Origin: Bacteroidota bacterium
GTDB taxonomy: Bacteria > Bacteroidota > Bacteroidia > Bacteroidales > JBHOTF01
Direction of reading: 5' to 3'
NCBI GenBank assembly: GCA_042584005.1
Contig: JBHOTF010000008.1
Coordinates: 27 to 64,026, forward strand
DNA: 64,000 bases
This document shows positions 59,708 through 64,000 of the stretch, piece by piece. The notes below the pieces were generated by a model. The model searched no databases and had not been told where the DNA came from. It saw only the letters and a program-made list of their open reading frames with translations. Every line of letters starts with the position of its first letter. Position 1 is the stretch's first letter. Made by a program: the position numbers and the translations under genes.

Positions 59708-61012
59708 ATGGTATATCGCATTTTTAACAGACTTATAATATTTATATTAATATCCACGATGATTTCTTGTGGAGTTAATAAACAAATAACCAGTAATCCT
59801 GTTGCACAAAATCCTCAATTCCGGTCAAATTCATCATTATTATCTAATACTGGTAGTTCAGTTTTACATCCTGATTTTTCCATCTACCATAACTCCTCGG
59901 AAACAAGCCAATTGAATTTTCGTATTTATTTCCGTGAACTAAGATTTAATACTGCGAATAAGCAAAATGTTAATCAGTCCAGAATAAAATTGCATTACCA
60001 ATTATATCCATCCTATGAAGACCTGAATATCATTGATAGCGCAAGTCATATAATTGATGTTATACCTCAGGAAGGTGCAAAATTTTTTATAGGCACCTTA
60101 AATATTCCAACCGAAAAGGGCCAGGATTATCTTCTGAAAGTTGCTGTTCAGGATATTCTAAGTGGAAGTTCCGGACTTGCATACATTTATGTAGACAAAA
60201 GGTCAGATCTTAATTCTCAGAATTTTAAAATATATTCTTCAGATGAAATGACACAGTTATTTAACTCTGATTTACATAGGTATCAAAATCTCAATATTCA
60301 ATATAACAAAATGCCAGAAAACAAAATCACTGTAGATCAATATATTACTCCCATTCCTATCCCAAAACCACCATATTATACTGATACAATTCCCAACTTT
60401 CAATTTACACCTGATTATTCTTATTCAATTTCCTTTAGAGAACTCCAGAATTTTAAGTGCGAGGAGGGTGAATTATATTTTTTCAGGATTGATAGTACTG
60501 GTAGTGATGGAATACTAACAGGCTTCTTTGGACAAAAATATCCCGAAATCAATACCCTAAAACAAATGATTGGCCCGATTAAATATATAGGCACTGAAGA
60601 GGATTATTTGAAAATATTAAATGCAACAAATAAGAAACTTGCAATTGATAACTTCTGGTTAAAGATTTCCGGCAGTACAGATATGGCCAGAGAACTTATC
60701 AGAATTTATTATAACCGCTGTCTTTTTGCAAATTATTATTTTACTGATATTTCTGAAGGATGGAAATCAGACCGTGGTATGATATATATGATATTCGGCA
60801 ATCCTGAGAAAATAACAAGAATGAATTCAGAAGAAATCTGGAGTTATAAAAAGACACCGGAATCAGAAAATCCAGTTTTTCATTTTAATAAAACTGAGAA
60901 CTATTATAGCAATAATGTTTTTTTACTTATTAGAGATGAAAAATACAGAAATGTATGGGAGAAAGCAATTGAGAGCTGGCGCAGAGGCAAGGCCTTCTCA
61001 TTTTCAAAATAA
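59708..61012 (+). CDS. GWxTD domain lipoprotein
   Basis: Lipobox MISC; FW...YYNR..AN..F...EGWKSDRGMIY.IFG.P. Confidence 0.85.
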   Translation: MVYRIFNRLIIFILISTMISCGVNKQITSNPVAQNPQFRSNSSLLSNTGSSVLHPDFSIYHNSSETSQLNFRIYFRELRFNTANKQNVNQSRIKLHYQLYPSYEDLNIIDSASHIIDVIPQEGAKFFIGTLNIPTEKGQDYLLKVAVQDILSGSSGLAYIYVDKRSDLNSQNFKIYSSDEMTQLFNSDLHRYQNLNIQYNKMPENKITVDQYITPIPIPKPPYYTDTIPNFQFTPDYSYSISFRELQNFKCEEGELYFFRIDSTGSDGILTGFFGQKYPEINTLKQMIGPIKYIGTEEDYLKILNATNKKLAIDNFWLKISGSTDMARELIRIYYNRCLFANYYFTDISEGWKSDRGMIYMIFGNPEKITRMNSEEIWSYKKTPESENPVFHFNKTENYYSNNVFLLIRDEKYRNVWEKAIESWRRGKAFSFSK

Positions 61013-61024
61013 TTAAAGTCTTAA

Positions 61025-61888
61025 TTAATATCCATCTTTGCTTATCTCTTCATAAATGCTTGTAACCAATGCATTTTCTTCTTTGGAATAAACTCTCAGT
61101 ATATCTTCAATACTTATACCATCTTTAATCATTGTCTTTATTTTCATTTGCTGCTTTTTTATCTGGCAGATATGATCCATAATTACAAAACGATCGGTGA
61201 TTTTCGAATGTCCGCTACAGAATTTTTCTGCATCAAGAGTATTCAGCATTTTATAAAGAGTTTTGACATGTTCAAATGAATTTCCATTTTTATGTTTATG
61301 TATCAACTGTATTCGGTCTAAAAATATCTGATCGCCAATAAAAGCTGTTTTTTCTTCAGGAAAATATATAACCGCATCTCCGGTAGTATGACCAACACCA
61401 AAATACCATAATTCTACTTTTTTACTTCCAAGAGACAGTTCCAGTTTATCTTTGAAAGTAATTGAAGGAACAAAGGATTTTAATTCTTCATTTTCCCATT
61501 TTGATGGAGAACCATTTCTTTGAGGTATTAAAAAATCATTCCTGCAATTTTCATGAGAAACAAAAATTATTTCTTCAGGGAAAAATTGATTTCCATTGAT
61601 GTGATCCCCATCACTATGCGTATTTACAAGATATTTAATAGGATAATCTGTTATTTTTCTTAATTCTTCAATAGTCTGATCAACTGATTTTTTATCCATT
61701 TTACTGTCAATAATCAAGACTTCAGAATCACCAATATAAGCACCGCCTCTCGCACCACTCCCATCAAGAATCTCATACAGATTATCAGATATTTTTTCAA
61801 ATTTAATATTCCTGGTCTCTCCTCTTTGAGCAAATGAGAAACAAACAAAAAATATTAATATTGTTAAAAAAGTAATTTTTCTTTTCAT
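61025..61888 (-). CDS. Secreted MBL-fold metallo-hydrolase (cyclase-like)
   Basis: NTHSDGDHINGN, GHTTGD, GD, SGH. Confidence 0.85.
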   Translation of the reverse strand: MKRKITFLTILIFFVCFSFAQRGETRNIKFEKISDNLYEILDGSGARGGAYIGDSEVLIIDSKMDKKSVDQTIEELRKITDYPIKYLVNTHSDGDHINGNQFFPEEIIFVSHENCRNDFLIPQRNGSPSKWENEELKSFVPSITFKDKLELSLGSKKVELWYFGVGHTTGDAVIYFPEEKTAFIGDQIFLDRIQLIHKHKNGNSFEHVKTLYKMLNTLDAEKFCSGHSKITDRFVIMDHICQIKKQQMKIKTMIKDGISIEDILRVYSKEENALVTSIYEEISKDGY

Positions 61889-61993
61889 AATAGACCTCCT
61901 ATTTTACAACACAATATAATCATTTATTATATTCTTCACCAATACATTTCCCCGGTTAATATGAACATGGTTTTTTTAACTAAAATAATCCCA

Positions 61994-62001
61994 TACTTTT
62001 G
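61994..62001 (+). promoter_or_regulatory. Bacteroidota -7 promoter box for rlmB
   Basis: TACTTTTG about 22 nt upstream of the ATG. Confidence 0.55.
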
Positions 62002-62022
62002 TAGCTCATTAATTAAAACAAT

Positions 62023-62760
62023 ATGGCAGGAATAGACTATATTTTTGGCATCAGAACTTGTACAGAAGCCATTATTTCAGGAAAAGAAATAGATAAAGTA
62101 TTAATTAAGAAGGGACTTAGCGGGCCACTTTTCCAGGAGCTTTTTAAATTGATAAATAAGGAAAGCATACCATTTCAGTTTGTGCCGGCAGAAAAATTAA
62201 ATCGTATTTCCAAAAAAAATCACCAGGGAGTTATCACATTTATATCACCAATTACATATTATAAAATAGAGCAGCTGATACCTTCAATTTTTGAAAATGG
62301 AGAAAACCCTTTATTTTTAATCCTCGATGGAATTACAGACATAAGAAATTTTGGTGCAGTTGCACGAACTGCCTTATGTGCAAATGTTCATGGAATAATT
62401 ATCCCGGATAGAGGAAGTGCCCAAATAAATGCGGATGCCATAAAAACTTCAGCAGGCGCCTTGCTTGAAATACCAGTATGTCGTTCCGCAAACCTCGGAA
62501 ATACAATTAAATACCTTCAGCAATCGGGTATTAAGATAATTGCTGCTACAGAAAAAGCCAATGAGATTTATTATAATGTTGAAATGTGTGGACCAACAGC
62601 GATAATATTTGGTTCAGAGGAAAAAGGAATATTCGAGGGAAATTTAAAACTTTGCGATAAACAAGTTCGTATTCCTGTTTCAGAAAAAATAGGTTCTTTA
62701 AATATATCTGTTGCTGCGGGAATAATGGTATTTGAAGCAATCAGACAACGGACTAGTTAA
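62023..62760 (+). CDS. rlmB: 23S rRNA (guanosine-2251-2'-O)-methyltransferase
   Basis: NHQGV, LDGITD.RNFGA, KTSAGA, GSEEKG, SLNISVA SPOUT motifs. Confidence 0.92.
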   Translation: MAGIDYIFGIRTCTEAIISGKEIDKVLIKKGLSGPLFQELFKLINKESIPFQFVPAEKLNRISKKNHQGVITFISPITYYKIEQLIPSIFENGENPLFLILDGITDIRNFGAVARTALCANVHGIIIPDRGSAQINADAIKTSAGALLEIPVCRSANLGNTIKYLQQSGIKIIAATEKANEIYYNVEMCGPTAIIFGSEEKGIFEGNLKLCDKQVRIPVSEKIGSLNISVAAGIMVFEAIRQRTS

Positions 62761-63997
62761 TAAGCTTCTGAAAATCATCTCCTGTCGGATTCTGGAATAT
62801 TCTAAGTCCGAATTCCGGAATTATTGCAAGAAGGTGATCAAAAATATCTGATTGGATACTTTCATAATTTTCCCAGGCCTGATCATTACTAAAAACATAG
62901 ATTTCTATAGGAAGTCCCTTTTCTGTCGGTTGAAGCTGCCTTACCAGAAAAGTCATATCGTCATGTATTTTATCATTATCATGTAAATATGCTTCAATAT
63001 ATTTCCTGAAAGTTCCGATATTGGTTAATCTTTTGCCATTAACATTAATGCTGACATCAATATTATGATCTTTATTATACTTATCTACCCTTTCAAGGGC
63101 TTCTTCCATATATGAACTAATCAAGCTGATATTTTTATACTTTTCAATCATATCAGGTGTGCAAAATTTAACACTTTTCATGTCTATATTGATTGACCGT
63201 TTAATACGACGACCACCCGATTCTTGCATTCCACGCCAGTTACTAAACGACTCAGAAACCATTGCATATGTAGGAATTGTACTGATGGTTTTATTCCAGT
63301 TTCGTACTTTAACCGTATAAACACTTATATCCTCAATAGTACCATCAGCATTATGGCTTGGCATAGATATCCAATCGCCTATCTTTATCATATTACTGGA
63401 AGATAACTGAATACTGGCAACAAAACCAAGAATAGTATCTTTAAAAACAAGTATTAGAACGGCAACAAAGGCACCCAGACCAGTAAAAAAACTACCCAGC
63501 TCAAAACCAATTATTATTGAAAATATCCATACTATGCCAATCAGATAGAAAATAATCTTGATTACCTGAACATAACCCTTAATATAAATATTCTTAGCTA
63601 TGGGTAATCGCCTGTATATAATAACCAGAGCATTAAAAACTGAATCAACAACAAGTAAGCCAATCAAGATCATGTATATACTTGAGGCACTTCGAATAAT
63701 TTTAATAATTTCATCAGCATCATACCCATCAAGAGCTATTTTTATGGTATAATAAATAAGCACTGCAGGTGCAAGATGAGATAACCTGTCAAAAACCTTA
63801 TTCTCCAGAAAAATATCATCCAGGGTAGTTTTGGTTCTTTTTACAACAATTTTAATAAATGTGATTAATACCTTTCTGGTTATTATATCAGAAATGAAGG
63901 CAAGAAGTAGAATTGCTACAATAAAAACTCCCAACTGCAAGTATTTTGATAATGATTCAGACAATCCTGAATTAATCAACAAATCCTGAAATTGCAC
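62753..63997 (-). CDS. Mechanosensitive channel, MscS family (YbdG-like); 5' end probably outside the window
   Basis: LVFKDTILGFVASIQ, GDWI, VRNWNKT, NWRGM..SGGRRIKR, LVRQL.P, IQSDIFDH. Confidence 0.9.
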   Translation of the reverse strand: MQFQDLLINSGLSESLSKYLQLGVFIVAILLLAFISDIITRKVLITFIKIVVKRTKTTLDDIFLENKVFDRLSHLAPAVLIYYTIKIALDGYDADEIIKIIRSASSIYMILIGLLVVDSVFNALVIIYRRLPIAKNIYIKGYVQVIKIIFYLIGIVWIFSIIIGFELGSFFTGLGAFVAVLILVFKDTILGFVASIQLSSSNMIKIGDWISMPSHNADGTIEDISVYTVKVRNWNKTISTIPTYAMVSESFSNWRGMQESGGRRIKRSINIDMKSVKFCTPDMIEKYKNISLISSYMEEALERVDKYNKDHNIDVSINVNGKRLTNIGTFRKYIEAYLHDNDKIHDDMTFLVRQLQPTEKGLPIEIYVFSNDQAWENYESIQSDIFDHLLAIIPEFGLRIFQNPTGDDFQKLIN

Positions 63998-64000
63998 AGC

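Noticed and set aside
1509-63406. Numerous 60-150-aa ORFs nested in or antisense to larger genes
   Set aside because: Shadow ORFs of well-supported CDSs with no recognisable motifs

Overview
AT-rich chromosomal window from a Bacteroidota organism, probably Bacteroidales-like. The assignment rests on TAnnTTTG -7 promoter boxes, a T9SS C-terminal domain, a TonB receptor and a GWxTD protein. It holds about 45 CDSs: cyanophycinase; a MacB-type permease with a divergent sigma54 two-component pair; a GH13/FISUMP/TonB/M64 operon; NatAB-like ABC genes; FadD and a GNAT; a REP-associated Y1 transposase (RAYT); a hydantoinase/racemase/YgeY/PLP catabolic cluster facing a MetY-like-thrC-apgM operon; yefM-yoeB; two tandem M14 peptidases; three paralogous GGSTGG hydrolases; AbgT and POT-like transporters; rlmD, ABC-F, rlmB and MscS. 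I saw no rRNA, tRNA or CRISPR array. The most unusual signal is non-coding. (1) Arrays of mini-hairpins (stem-GA/GA-stem-3-nt loop, mostly GNA) show compensatory base changes and bracket the NatAB genes. (2) The RAYT ORF has been expanded in frame by halves of its own REP palindrome. (3) Many 7-8-bp tandem repeats begin at or next to stop codons. All calls come from motif recognition only; no database searches were run.
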